Shown: in pieces, positions 17,243-25,374 of the stretch
Layout: each line of letters starts with the position of its first letter
How positions within the stretch are numbered: the stretch's first letter is position 1
DNA from: an uncultured Pseudomonadota bacterium
GTDB lineage: Bacteria; Pseudomonadota; Gammaproteobacteria; Burkholderiales; SG8-39
Reading direction: 5' to 3'
Length of the DNA: 64,000 bases
Assembly: GCA_937907425.1 (NCBI GenBank)
Contig: CALCIE010000052.1
Span: 1,063 to 65,062 of the forward strand
The notes under the pieces: model-generated
The model's database searches: none
Seen by the model: the letters and a program-made list of their open reading frames with translations, nothing else
Told to the model about the DNA's origin: nothing
Position numbers and translations under genes: made by a program

Positions 17243-18517
17243 GTGGCCCGGCAACGGGTCTCCGCGGACACGGTAAAATCGCGCGCACGAGATCGGGGAG
17301 GGGCGGACTCGCAGAGGCTGCCCGTTGGGGCTTTGCAGCGCATCACCAATCGTCACGTCTATTATTTCAGCGGCTTCGATCCGCGCGGCGCGCGCTACTA
17401 CCACCGCCTCTATCGCGAGGAGGCCGCAAAGCAGGCGGCGCTGACCGGCACGCGCATCGAAGTCGGCCCGCGCTTGCGTGCCGGCGAGCTTTCCAAGGTG
17501 TGGACGGTACGCAGCGCCGGTCCGGACGGCGTGACCGAAACGGTCTATGAATTCATGCGCTGGGACGACATCGTGCGCCGCCATTGGACGCGCAACGAGG
17601 CTCGGCTGGCCGTCGAACTGGTACGCACCGCCTGGGCATACGTTGCGAGCGGCACGTTATGGCGCATCCTGAAAACGGCCTGGCCGCCTTTCGTCACGGG
17701 GCTTTATCCGGTGCTGTATTTTCTCGCCCTGGTCACGGCGGCTGTTTTCGCGGCGCTCGGCCTGGGCGGTTGGCTGGGCCGCCAATACGGCATCGTGGCG
17801 GGCGGCGCCGGCGCGGCCGCTGCGGCGGTGGGTGTGCTGTATCTCGGCCGCCTCGTGGAAAAGCGGTTGAGGTGCTACTGGTTGCTGCGCATCTATGCCT
17901 TCACCGTGCGCCAGGCCGGAGGGCTGCCCGAGCTGGAAGCCAGGATCGACCGCTTCGCGGAATACATGGCCCGGCAGATCGCCGGCAGTCAGGCGGATGA
18001 AATACTCGTGGTGGGGCACAGCGTCGGTACCACGATCGCCTGCTCGGCGCTTGCTCGTGCATTGGCGCGCATGCCCAAGGTCGATCGCCGCATCGCGCTC
18101 GTCACGCTCGGGCAATGCATTCCGATGCTGAGCCTGCTGCCCCAGGCGCAGAAGTTCCGGGAAGACCTTGCCCGTCTCGGGTCGCATCCCGAAGTGGAAT
18201 GGATCGACTTCACCGCCCCGACAGACGGCGCCTGTTTCGCGCTGACCGATCCGCTGCAGGCCTCCGGCATCCCGGGTGTGAGGGATATCCAGCGTCCGAA
18301 ACTGCTCTCGCCGCGCTTCATGACCCTGTTCGACGCGAAAACCTACGCACGAATCCGTCGCAACTGGTTCCGCAATCACTTCCAATACCTGATGGCGGGC
18401 GACAAGGTCGGCGATTACGATTACTTCGCCATTACAGCCGGTCCGGTGCCGCTCGCCGAGCGCTATGCGGCCCATCGTTCGGTGGTGGGCTACCGCCGCT
18501 TCAAGGTGTTCGGATGA
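17243..18517 (+). CDS. Membrane protein with lipase-like GHSVG motif (putative alpha/beta-hydrolase), family unknown; start uncertain
   Basis: High GC3 from about 17330 onward. Three or four TM helices (LYPVLYFLALVTAAVFAALGLGGWL, VAGGAGAAAAAVGVLYL). 'ILVVGHSVGTTIA' is a nucleophile-elbow-like motif. GTG 17243 and TTG 17333 are possible starts. The stop overlaps the P450 start (ATGA). Confidence 0.5.
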   Translation: MARQRVSADTVKSRARDRGGADSQRLPVGALQRITNRHVYYFSGFDPRGARYYHRLYREEAAKQAALTGTRIEVGPRLRAGELSKVWTVRSAGPDGVTETVYEFMRWDDIVRRHWTRNEARLAVELVRTAWAYVASGTLWRILKTAWPPFVTGLYPVLYFLALVTAAVFAALGLGGWLGRQYGIVAGGAGAAAAAVGVLYLGRLVEKRLRCYWLLRIYAFTVRQAGGLPELEARIDRFAEYMARQIAGSQADEILVVGHSVGTTIACSALARALARMPKVDRRIALVTLGQCIPMLSLLPQAQKFREDLARLGSHPEVEWIDFTAPTDGACFALTDPLQASGIPGVRDIQRPKLLSPRFMTLFDAKTYARIRRNWFRNHFQYLMAGDKVGDYDYFAITAGPVPLAERYAAHRSVVGYRRFKVFG

Positions 18518-19941
18518 GCAAATTCTGCCCCGTCTACCCGAAACCCAAGACCAGCCGTGCGTCGCTGCTGTGGATGTTCTTCCGCAAGCGCCGCTCGTGG
18601 CTCGACGGGCTGTTCGAGCGCAGTTACAGAATGAAAATGGGGCAGGTCCTGTTGCCGGGCCTGGACGTCTACATGGTCAACCAGCCGGAGCTGGTGCGGC
18701 GCATCCTGGTGACCGAGGCGGAGAAGTTTCCCAAGCACAAGTTGCTCGGCATGATGCTCGAGCCGCTGCTGGGGGAGAGCATTTTCACGACCAACGGCGC
18801 GATCTGGGAGATGCAGCGGCGCATGCTGGACCCCGCCTTCGCCCAGGCACGGTTGAAGAACGTGTTCCCGCTCATGCGCGACGCGGGCATCGCGCTGTGC
18901 GAGCGGTTGGACCGGTTGCAGGACGGCGCCGTCCACGATCTGGAAGTGGAGATGACGCACGTCACCGCCGACATCATCTTCCGCACCATCCTTTCCCAGA
19001 AGCTCGACGGCGACAATGCGCGCAAGGTCTTCGACGCGTTCACCCGGTTCCAGGCGCTCGCGCCGCGCGTGCTCCTGCCCCGGCTTTATCGCCTTCCCGC
19101 ATGGTTGAGGCCGTCCAAAACGGAGCGTCGGCTACGGGAGGCGGGGAACGAGATCCGCTCCCTGCTCGAGCACTTCATCCGCCCGCGCTACGAGGCCTGT
19201 CGCGCCGGCAATCCGGGCGAATACCAGGACATTCTCTCGGTCCTGCTCGACGTCGCCGATCCGGAAACGGGCAAGCGCTTCGACTACGAGGAACTCGTGG
19301 ATCAGGTGGCGATGCTCTTCCTTGCCGGCCATGAGACCTCGGCGAGCGCGCTTTCCTGGTCGCTCTATCTCATCGCCTCGGTGCCCGAGATCCAGCAGCG
19401 CATGTACGAAGAGGGGCGTGCCGTGCTCGGCAGGCGCGAGCCGGATTACGCCGACATCAAGAAGCTGCGCGTGCACTGGAACGTCTTCCGGGAGGCGTTA
19501 CGGCTCTACCCGCCGGTGGGCTTTTTCGCGCGTGAAGTGACGCAAACCACGCGCATGAGAGACAAGACCATGTCGCCCGGCGCGTCGGTCGTGATCTCGC
19601 CCTGGCTGATCCACCGGCACCGCGAGCTGTGGGAGCGGCCGGACGAATTCGATCCCGATCGCCACGATTCGCCGGAAGCCAGGGAATCGCTCCGTTGCGC
19701 TTACCTGCCCTTCGGCATGGGGCCGCGTGTCTGCATCGGGGCCGCATTCGCCATGCAGGAAGCGGTGCTGATCCTGGCGATGCTCGTGCAGCGCTATCGC
19801 TTCGAAGCGGTACCCGGTTTCGAACCGCGGCCCGTGGGCCGGCTCACGGTGCGCTCCGAAAACGGTATTCGCGTTCGACTGAACAAACGGTCGGAGGCGG
19901 ACGAAGCGCCGGCCGTTCGCGCCGAGGCGCTCAGGGGATAA
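18514..19941 (+). CDS. Cytochrome P450
   Basis: Heme loop FGMGPRVCIGAAFA, I-helix FLAGHETSA, ExxR (FREALR). ATG 18514 overlaps the upstream stop. The longer track ORF (18115) is an off-frame extension through the upstream gene. Confidence 0.85.
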   Translation: MSKFCPVYPKPKTSRASLLWMFFRKRRSWLDGLFERSYRMKMGQVLLPGLDVYMVNQPELVRRILVTEAEKFPKHKLLGMMLEPLLGESIFTTNGAIWEMQRRMLDPAFAQARLKNVFPLMRDAGIALCERLDRLQDGAVHDLEVEMTHVTADIIFRTILSQKLDGDNARKVFDAFTRFQALAPRVLLPRLYRLPAWLRPSKTERRLREAGNEIRSLLEHFIRPRYEACRAGNPGEYQDILSVLLDVADPETGKRFDYEELVDQVAMLFLAGHETSASALSWSLYLIASVPEIQQRMYEEGRAVLGRREPDYADIKKLRVHWNVFREALRLYPPVGFFAREVTQTTRMRDKTMSPGASVVISPWLIHRHRELWERPDEFDPDRHDSPEARESLRCAYLPFGMGPRVCIGAAFAMQEAVLILAMLVQRYRFEAVPGFEPRPVGRLTVRSENGIRVRLNKRSEADEAPAVRAEALRG

Positions 19942-19955
19942 GCGTCAATGAAAGC

Positions 19956-19983
19956 GCATCTTCCGTTTCCCTGAGGAAGATGC
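19956..19983 (+). other. 9-bp stem hairpin GCATCTTCC-N10-GGAAGATGC just after the P450 stop
   Basis: Exact inverted repeat read from the sequence. No clear U-tract follows, so it is an attenuator/stabiliser rather than a classic terminator. Confidence 0.35.
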
Positions 19984-20011
19984 CGGTCTTGCAACGTAGA
20001 AGCAGATAAAA

Positions 20012-20356
20012 GTGAACGAAAGACTCCTCGGCTTTCTGCTCATGTGTTTACTCGTGCCGATGGCGATCATCGGCTATTTCGTCCTCGTCTTCGTCGGTTT
20101 GTTCGGCAAGACGGAGCGGGGCAGGGCGGGCGTGCGCGCGCTGGACCATTTCGTCAACGCCACGGTCTTCAACGGCTACGCCTGGGAATCCGTATCCTCG
20201 CACGCCTGGCGCAAGCGCGACCGTCGATGGGCGAAGATCGTCATCTGGCTTACCGACCATCTGCAGAAGGATCACTGCATGCGTGCGAACAAGCGCGAGC
20301 AGGCGGTGGTGGACCTGGTGGAGAAGAAGGGGCTGCACAAGCAGACCATGTGGTAG
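20012..20356 (+). CDS. Small membrane protein (114 aa), unknown function
   Basis: High GC3. N-terminal TM helix LLGFLLMCLLVPMAIIGYFVLVFVGLF, then a basic soluble tail. The start is GTG 20012 (or ATG 20042). No strong SD. Confidence 0.5.
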   Translation: MNERLLGFLLMCLLVPMAIIGYFVLVFVGLFGKTERGRAGVRALDHFVNATVFNGYAWESVSSHAWRKRDRRWAKIVIWLTDHLQKDHCMRANKREQAVVDLVEKKGLHKQTMW

Positions 20357-20379
20357 CGTCGCGTTGCTAGGGCGTACCG

Positions 20380-21246
20380 CTACCTGACTGTGTAGCGAGC
20401 GGCGGCTTCATCGAAGACGCCTTCGAGCGCCTCCAGCAGGCTGCGCCTGCCGCTTTCCAACTGCGCGCGTACCCGCGAGGTGTGAACCATGCGGATTTCC
20501 ACGGGAATGCGCGTACAGCCGAGCATGGATGCGATCGCGCATCGGTGCTGGGCTCCCGGCAGCTTGACCAACGCGCCGTTTCCCGCGATGGCTACGCCGA
20601 TTTCCCGGTCGGGCACAAAGAGGCCGGCGGATTCCGAATGACCCACGACGCCGTTTGCGCGGATGGACTCCACCAGCCGGAGCACGTTCTCGAAGTAGCG
20701 ATCCAGCTCGGCCCGTGAAGCGAGCTTCGTTCTGCGGCGGCTCGGCGGGTTGCCGGTTTCGATCTGCTTCAGCATCCGCCCGTAGGTCGGCGTGGCGCGG
20801 AAGTCGAAACGCGCGGCAAACAGCTCTTCGATTTCCTTGAATACGGCTGTATTGCCGAGCGGCCGCGTCAGTTCCGCGATGGGGGCGCCGCAGAAGAAGT
20901 AGTCGCTGGTATGGAGCCGCGTTTGCCCGTCGGTGAGCCAGTCCGGCAGCTCGGCGCCGATCGAACCGGGCGACACCTGCAGGAGCAGCCGCCGGCCGAA
21001 ACAGGCCTGGGCATACTGCGGCGGGCATTGGAACCCCGCGTTTCGCTCGCAGGACGCGATCCAATGGCGCATTCGTACGGAGAAGAGGGCGCGGCTGCGG
21101 TACAGGACTGAGAGGCGCTTTGCCAGCGCGACCCTTCTCGATCGTCGTAAAAGGTCCTCCGGCCGGATCGCGCCGGCCTGCACCTGGATCCAGCGCGGCG
21201 CGGCGTCAGGCGCTCGCCCGCTTTTCGGCGAAATCGACTTGTGCAT
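20380..21246 (-). CDS. Hypothetical protein with ParB/sulfiredoxin-like C-terminal motif
   Basis: High GC3 across the whole frame. 'VAIAGNGALVKLPGAQHRCAIASMLGCTRIPVEI' resembles the ParB/Srx 'G-x-HR-x-x-A...G...IPV' box. It overlaps the kpsS 3' end by 41 nt if ATG 21246 is used. Confidence 0.5.
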   Translation of the reverse strand: MHKSISPKSGRAPDAAPRWIQVQAGAIRPEDLLRRSRRVALAKRLSVLYRSRALFSVRMRHWIASCERNAGFQCPPQYAQACFGRRLLLQVSPGSIGAELPDWLTDGQTRLHTSDYFFCGAPIAELTRPLGNTAVFKEIEELFAARFDFRATPTYGRMLKQIETGNPPSRRRTKLASRAELDRYFENVLRLVESIRANGVVGHSESAGLFVPDREIGVAIAGNGALVKLPGAQHRCAIASMLGCTRIPVEIRMVHTSRVRAQLESGRRSLLEALEGVFDEAAARYTVR

Positions 21247-22486
21247 CGAGCGGTAACGGCGTGCCCGGAGATTCTCTGGTCGCCGCGGGCCGATCCAAGG
21301 ACCACCATGCCGTGCTCGGTCTGTAGAAGCTGCCGTGGATCTGCGTGGTGCTGATGAGGTAGTTGCGGAAGCGCACGAACAGCTTGCGATCGGGCTTGAA
21401 ATCGTCCGCCGCTCGCCAGAAGCTGTCGAGCGCCCCCTGGAACGTCAGCCCCGGCATGTCGTATACCGCCTTCCCGCAGGCCTTGACGGCGGCATTGTGA
21501 TGAAGTGCCTGCAGACCCACCGTACTGTTCAGCACGACGACGCCGCACGAATGGTTGATGAGCGTCGGAAGATGCTGATCGTGAATGTAGAGCAGCCGGT
21601 CGCGTACGCCGTACTCGTCGGCGAGCGATTTCAGGAAACCGCCGTAATCGTGGTGGCCGCGATCCAGCGGATGATGCTTGATCACCAGAGAACGCTCCTT
21701 CGGCGCGTGCAGGGCGAACGACTCGACCACGGTACGCAGGAAGGTTTCGACCGATCCGAAGGGCGAATGCACGTGAACCTGCGCATCGATCGATACCTGC
21801 AACGGCACCAGGTAGTACTTCTTCGCCATCGGCCCGGTCAGCAGTTCGAGCATGCCCCGTTCGCGATAGCGGTACCAGAACTTGCGGAAGAAACTGCGCA
21901 CCCAGGGAAATGCCTCCCGCAGGCGCAGCGGCCGATGATGCCGGTAGTGCCTGAAGATCGGACGTGCCGCCACGCTGGCGAGGTAATAGAGTATTCCCCA
22001 TAGCGCGGCGTGCCATATCGGGTTGGCGATCTTGGGGGACTTGATGGGCTCGCTGTCGTCCAATGCGGCATAGAAGGCGGGATCGCGGGGCAGCCGGGAG
22101 TAACCGTTCACGCCGAAGCGCTCGAACGTTATGTAGTTCGGACGTACGTAGCCTTCCTCGAACACGCCGATCTCCAGACCGCGACGGCTCGCCAGCGCGT
22201 GTGCGACGCGGTGAATCGGCCTGCAATCCCCGAACAGCATCACCACGTCGATGCACAGGCGTTCGTACACCTCGTCCAGAAAGGCCTCGAGATCCTCCAT
22301 CCGGCCGGTGTAGCACATGGATCCGGTCGGGTAGAACAGCCAGTCGCCGCCGTTGAAGTTCACCTTGTGAACGACGGCGCCCGCATGAGTCAGTTGCTTG
22401 GCGACGTGTCTAAAGAATGGTCCGATCGGACCTTGGAGGAGCAATACCCGCTTCCCGCGGTAGGCCTCCCAGCCTCCCCGATCCAT
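21206..22486 (-). CDS. kpsS: Capsule biosynthesis beta-Kdo transferase KpsS (LipB) family
   Basis: 'GKRVLLLQGPIGPFF', 'NFNGGD', 'FGDCRPIH' and 'FEEGYVRPNYITFE' match the KpsS/Capsule_synth signature. Start chosen at ATG 22486 (MDRGGW...), which gives the same spacing to LLLQGP as E. coli KpsS. ATG 22576 is also open. Confidence 0.75.
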   Translation of the reverse strand: MDRGGWEAYRGKRVLLLQGPIGPFFRHVAKQLTHAGAVVHKVNFNGGDWLFYPTGSMCYTGRMEDLEAFLDEVYERLCIDVVMLFGDCRPIHRVAHALASRRGLEIGVFEEGYVRPNYITFERFGVNGYSRLPRDPAFYAALDDSEPIKSPKIANPIWHAALWGILYYLASVAARPIFRHYRHHRPLRLREAFPWVRSFFRKFWYRYRERGMLELLTGPMAKKYYLVPLQVSIDAQVHVHSPFGSVETFLRTVVESFALHAPKERSLVIKHHPLDRGHHDYGGFLKSLADEYGVRDRLLYIHDQHLPTLINHSCGVVVLNSTVGLQALHHNAAVKACGKAVYDMPGLTFQGALDSFWRAADDFKPDRKLFVRFRNYLISTTQIHGSFYRPSTAWWSLDRPAATRESPGTPLPLDAQVDFAEKRASA

Positions 22487-24468
22487 ACGTTCCTCGAGCG
22501 TGTCTTGATGCTTATGAGTTTCCGGTACAACCGGCGCCACAGCGGAAGTCTGTGTGCCTCGCCGCTGTCGCGCCATTCCAGCAATTCGTCCAGCGCGCGC
22601 TCAGGCGTCGTGAAGCGCCCGGTCACCCGGCTGACGTAAGTGGGGTAAAGGATCAGCGTCCCGGCCACCAGTTCGTCGAGCGTCAACCGCCGTGTGCGGC
22701 GTTCCAGCCTTTCGTGATCTGAAGTGAGCCCCCAGCCGGCGTAAAAGGGCAGACCGTAGGTCACCACCTTTTTGCCCCGCAGCAGCGCCTCGAAGCCGGT
22801 GAGGGAGGTCAGCACGTGCACTTCGTCGACCTGTTGCAGCAGCGCGCCCATCGCCACATCGATCACGACTTCGTCGCAGATCGAGCGCGCGTTTTCCTCG
22901 CCTGTGCCACCGGCACGCAGTCCCGCCACCACATCGGGGTGCGGCTTGTATATCACGTACGCGTCCGGGTTGGCCTGCCGGACCGCTTGCAGCAAAGCCA
23001 TGTTGCTTCTGATGCGCCGCGTGCCGTAACGGATCGACGCGTCGTCCTCGACCTGCCCCGGTACGAGGATCACTCTGGCAAGTCCGGCGGGGCGTTTCCA
23101 TTCTTTCGCACCGACGTTGTACTTCGTCAGTGCGGCCTCCACGATCCGCGACCGCAGCCTGGCCGCGCGCCCGATCAGCTCCGGAGTGAAGTCGGCCGTC
23201 TGCAGAATGCGTTCGAGCTCCGACGGCCTGTTCGCATCGTAGTAGATGCCCTCGCGATCGATGACCCATGAAAGCGGACGGACGAGATCCGCGCCCAGTC
23301 CGACCGAGCGCAGAAACCCGTCCTCCAAACGCAGTATGGAGACATCTTCCGGCAGGGTGCCCGTGACGGGTTTGTTTCCCCAGACGGCGAGCATGGCGCC
23401 TGGGGGCACCGATGAGACATCGCGTACGAAGCGCACCTCGCTGCCCCAGAGAAACCGGCGGACGAGGGGCTTTTTCCATCCGGAAAAGCCGTGCGCGTAC
23501 ACGACCTCCGGAAAACGTTCCCGCATGCGGCGTTGCAGGCCGAGATGCGCGATGACCGTTTCGACTTCGCAGCGCTTCTTTGTCTCCGGGTCGAGGTAGC
23601 GCGGGTACTCGACTAGTGCGGCATGGACCAATTGCTCGAGCGAAACGGGCTTGCGCCGCTCGGGGGCGGGCAGTTCGTCTTCGGTCAACCCCCATCCGGC
23701 GTAGAACGGCATGCCGAAGGTGCGGACACGCTTCCTCCAGATCAACCCTTCGAATCCGAGCTGCGAGGTCACGACATAAACGGCCTCGGCGGCTTTGATC
23801 AGCTGCGCCGGGTTAACCTCATCGGCGATCAAACGAACGCGAGGATTCTTTGCGACAGCGTTGTAATCGAAGTGCCCCCGTTTGCGCCCGCCGACGACAT
23901 CGGGATGCACCTTCAAAACGACTTGGCACTGTGGATTCTCGGCTAACGCGCAATCGAGCATCCTCCGGAAGGTCGCGGGCGTCGCTTGTCCGTACTCGAT
24001 TGAAGCATCGCCTCTTGTTTGATCGACGACCAGAACGAAGCGTTCGGGAAGAACGAGCGAACGATCTCTTTGATGGTTATATTTCGAGAGCTGATTTTCT
24101 TTCCACGCCCGAATGAGCGCGCTGGCCCGGGCGTGCTGGCCCGCGTCCAAGGGCTGCGGGATCAAGCGTTCGAGTCGCGAAGGACGGGTCGCGTCGTAGT
24201 ACACCCCGCAATCGTCCACAACGATGGAAAGCGGGGGATCCATGTCCCCTCGTCCAACGGACCGCAAAAATCCGTCTTCCAGATGTACGAACGGAATACG
24301 TGTATGGGCCGCAAATCGGCGCGCAACGATCGCAGAGGGGCGAAGTCCCCAGCCGGCGATTTGGGTGATGCTGCTCAACGACAGGAGATGGACAAGCGCG
24401 ATCCGTTGTCCGACCAGCGCATCCAGGGCCGGAATGTTGCGAAGCCTGAGTGAAAATACGCCGATCAT
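22390..24468 (-). CDS. kpsC: Capsule biosynthesis beta-Kdo transferase KpsC (LipA) family, two tandem Capsule_synth domains
   Basis: Duplicated 'LEDGFLRSVG...' modules (FVHLEDGFLRSVGRGD; ILRLEDGFLRSVGLGAD) and duplicated 'KPHPDV' modules (LKVHPDVVGGRK; YKPHPDVVAGLR). About 690 aa, as for KpsC. The 3' end overlaps kpsS by at least 97 nt. Confidence 0.8.
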   Translation of the reverse strand: MIGVFSLRLRNIPALDALVGQRIALVHLLSLSSITQIAGWGLRPSAIVARRFAAHTRIPFVHLEDGFLRSVGRGDMDPPLSIVVDDCGVYYDATRPSRLERLIPQPLDAGQHARASALIRAWKENQLSKYNHQRDRSLVLPERFVLVVDQTRGDASIEYGQATPATFRRMLDCALAENPQCQVVLKVHPDVVGGRKRGHFDYNAVAKNPRVRLIADEVNPAQLIKAAEAVYVVTSQLGFEGLIWRKRVRTFGMPFYAGWGLTEDELPAPERRKPVSLEQLVHAALVEYPRYLDPETKKRCEVETVIAHLGLQRRMRERFPEVVYAHGFSGWKKPLVRRFLWGSEVRFVRDVSSVPPGAMLAVWGNKPVTGTLPEDVSILRLEDGFLRSVGLGADLVRPLSWVIDREGIYYDANRPSELERILQTADFTPELIGRAARLRSRIVEAALTKYNVGAKEWKRPAGLARVILVPGQVEDDASIRYGTRRIRSNMALLQAVRQANPDAYVIYKPHPDVVAGLRAGGTGEENARSICDEVVIDVAMGALLQQVDEVHVLTSLTGFEALLRGKKVVTYGLPFYAGWGLTSDHERLERRTRRLTLDELVAGTLILYPTYVSRVTGRFTTPERALDELLEWRDSGEAHRLPLWRRLYRKLISIKTRSRNVWIGEAGRPTAGSGYCSSKVRSDHSLDTSPSN

Positions 24469-25017
24469 CGCGTTAACGGCCCAAGCGGGGCGGCGCGTGT
24501 GCAGGAAGGGCGCTCGGGAGCGAAACCATAGTCAGGTCTTGAGACTCTCCGGTTAAGAGTCCGCAGGGGGCGGGCACCAATCGCGCAGCCGTAGCCGTGC
24601 GGTGCGCCCTTTCGACAGGCGCGGCAGGCGAAAGCAACACCTTCCGGACGCCGTTGGCGACGGATGCCGATACCACCTTTTTGCTCCCTGTTCTTGATGG
24701 AGCGGCCGCGAACGGACAGAAGATGGCGTGCGAGCCGGTTCAGCGTGACGTCTGGTCGCACTGGAAGCGAGCGGCTCCTGGAGAGGCGTCGCTTGTAGGT
24801 GGTTCTCCCCGCAGCGGTTTTTTGCCTGTTTATCGCGGCGGATTATAGCGACATCCGCATGGGGCTTCCGCTAGTCCGTACGGATGATCGCATCTTGAAG
24901 CGGTACGATTCCTTGCCCGGGGTAAGCCGGGCGCGGGACGGGCCGGCCCGAGGGGGCGTGCCGGCTTGCACAACGGACCGTATCGTGCAGGCCGGTCAGC
25001 GACCCGGCGAGCCCATG

Positions 25018-25045
25018 AAAAAAGGCGCCGAAGCGCCTTCCTTTT
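25018..25045 (-). terminator. Rho-independent (bidirectional-looking) terminator downstream of the tRNA cluster
   Basis: AAAAAA-GGCGC-cgaa-GCGCC-TTCCTTTT. On the minus strand the GC stem with a GNRA-like loop is followed by T6, 33 nt after the tRNA-His 3' end. Confidence 0.65.
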
Positions 25046-25069
25046 GCGAAGCCTGGTATGGGGAAATTC

Positions 25070-25146
25070 TGGGGTGGCTGATGGGACTCGAACCCACGAC
25101 AACCTGAATCACAATCAGGGACTCTACCAGCTGAGCTACAGCCACC
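25070..25146 (-). tRNA. tRNA-His (anticodon GTG)
   Basis: The reverse complement is GGTGGCTGTAGCTCAGCTGGTAGAGTCCCTGATTGTGATTCAGGTTGTCGTGGGTTCGAGTCCCATCAGCCACCCCA. It has the extra G-1, a cloverleaf, anticodon loop TTGTGAT and encoded CCA. It is near-identical in pattern to E. coli hisR. Confidence 0.95.
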
Positions 25147-25157
25147 ACTGAACGGCT

Positions 25158-25234
25158 TGGCGTGCCCGACAGGGGTCGAACCTGTAACCCCCAGCTTAGA
25201 AGGCTGGTGCTCTATCCGGTTGAGCTACGGGCAC
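25158..25234 (-). tRNA. tRNA-Arg (anticodon TCT)
   Basis: The reverse complement is GTGCCCGTAGCTCAACCGGATAGAGCACCAGCCTTCTAAGCTGGGGGTTACAGGTTCGACCCCTGTCGGGCACGCCA. All four stems pair, the anticodon loop is CTTCTAA, and CCA is encoded. Confidence 0.93.
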
Positions 25235-25287
25235 TTCTAGTCGGACACTCCAACCGCCCGCGCTTAAGGCGCCGACGGTTCCAAAAC

Positions 25288-25364
25288 TGGTCGGGGTGGA
25301 GAGATTTGAACTCCCGACATCCTGGCCCCAAACCAGGCGCGCTACCAGGCTACGCTACACCCCG
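25288..25364 (-). tRNA. tRNA-Pro (anticodon TGG)
   Basis: The reverse complement is CGGGGTGTAGCGTAGCCTGGTAGCGCGCCTGGTTTGGGGCCAGGATGTCGGGAGTTCAAATCTCTCCACCCCGACCA. It folds as a cloverleaf with anticodon loop TTTGGGG (G37) and encoded CCA. Confidence 0.93.
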
Positions 25365-25374
25365 AAGGGCTCTT

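Noticed and set aside
24469-24900. RfaH ops/JUMPstart element (GGCGGTAG) in the kpsC leader
   Set aside because: No match on the kpsC strand. The closest string, GCCGTAGCCGTG, is on the wrong strand and is mismatched.
15209-25069. Integrase, transposase, or att direct repeat of the tRNA-His 3' end delimiting an island
   Set aside because: No recombinase-like ORF was seen, and no copy of the tRNA 3' segment was seen in the intergenic regions I could scan by eye. Island status therefore rests on composition and gene content only.
24799-25151. ORFs 24799..25107(+), 24830..25102(-), 24966..25151(+), 25162..25905(+) around the tRNA cluster
   Set aside because: They run through the tRNA genes and terminator or lie antisense to prmB. 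They have no coding bias.
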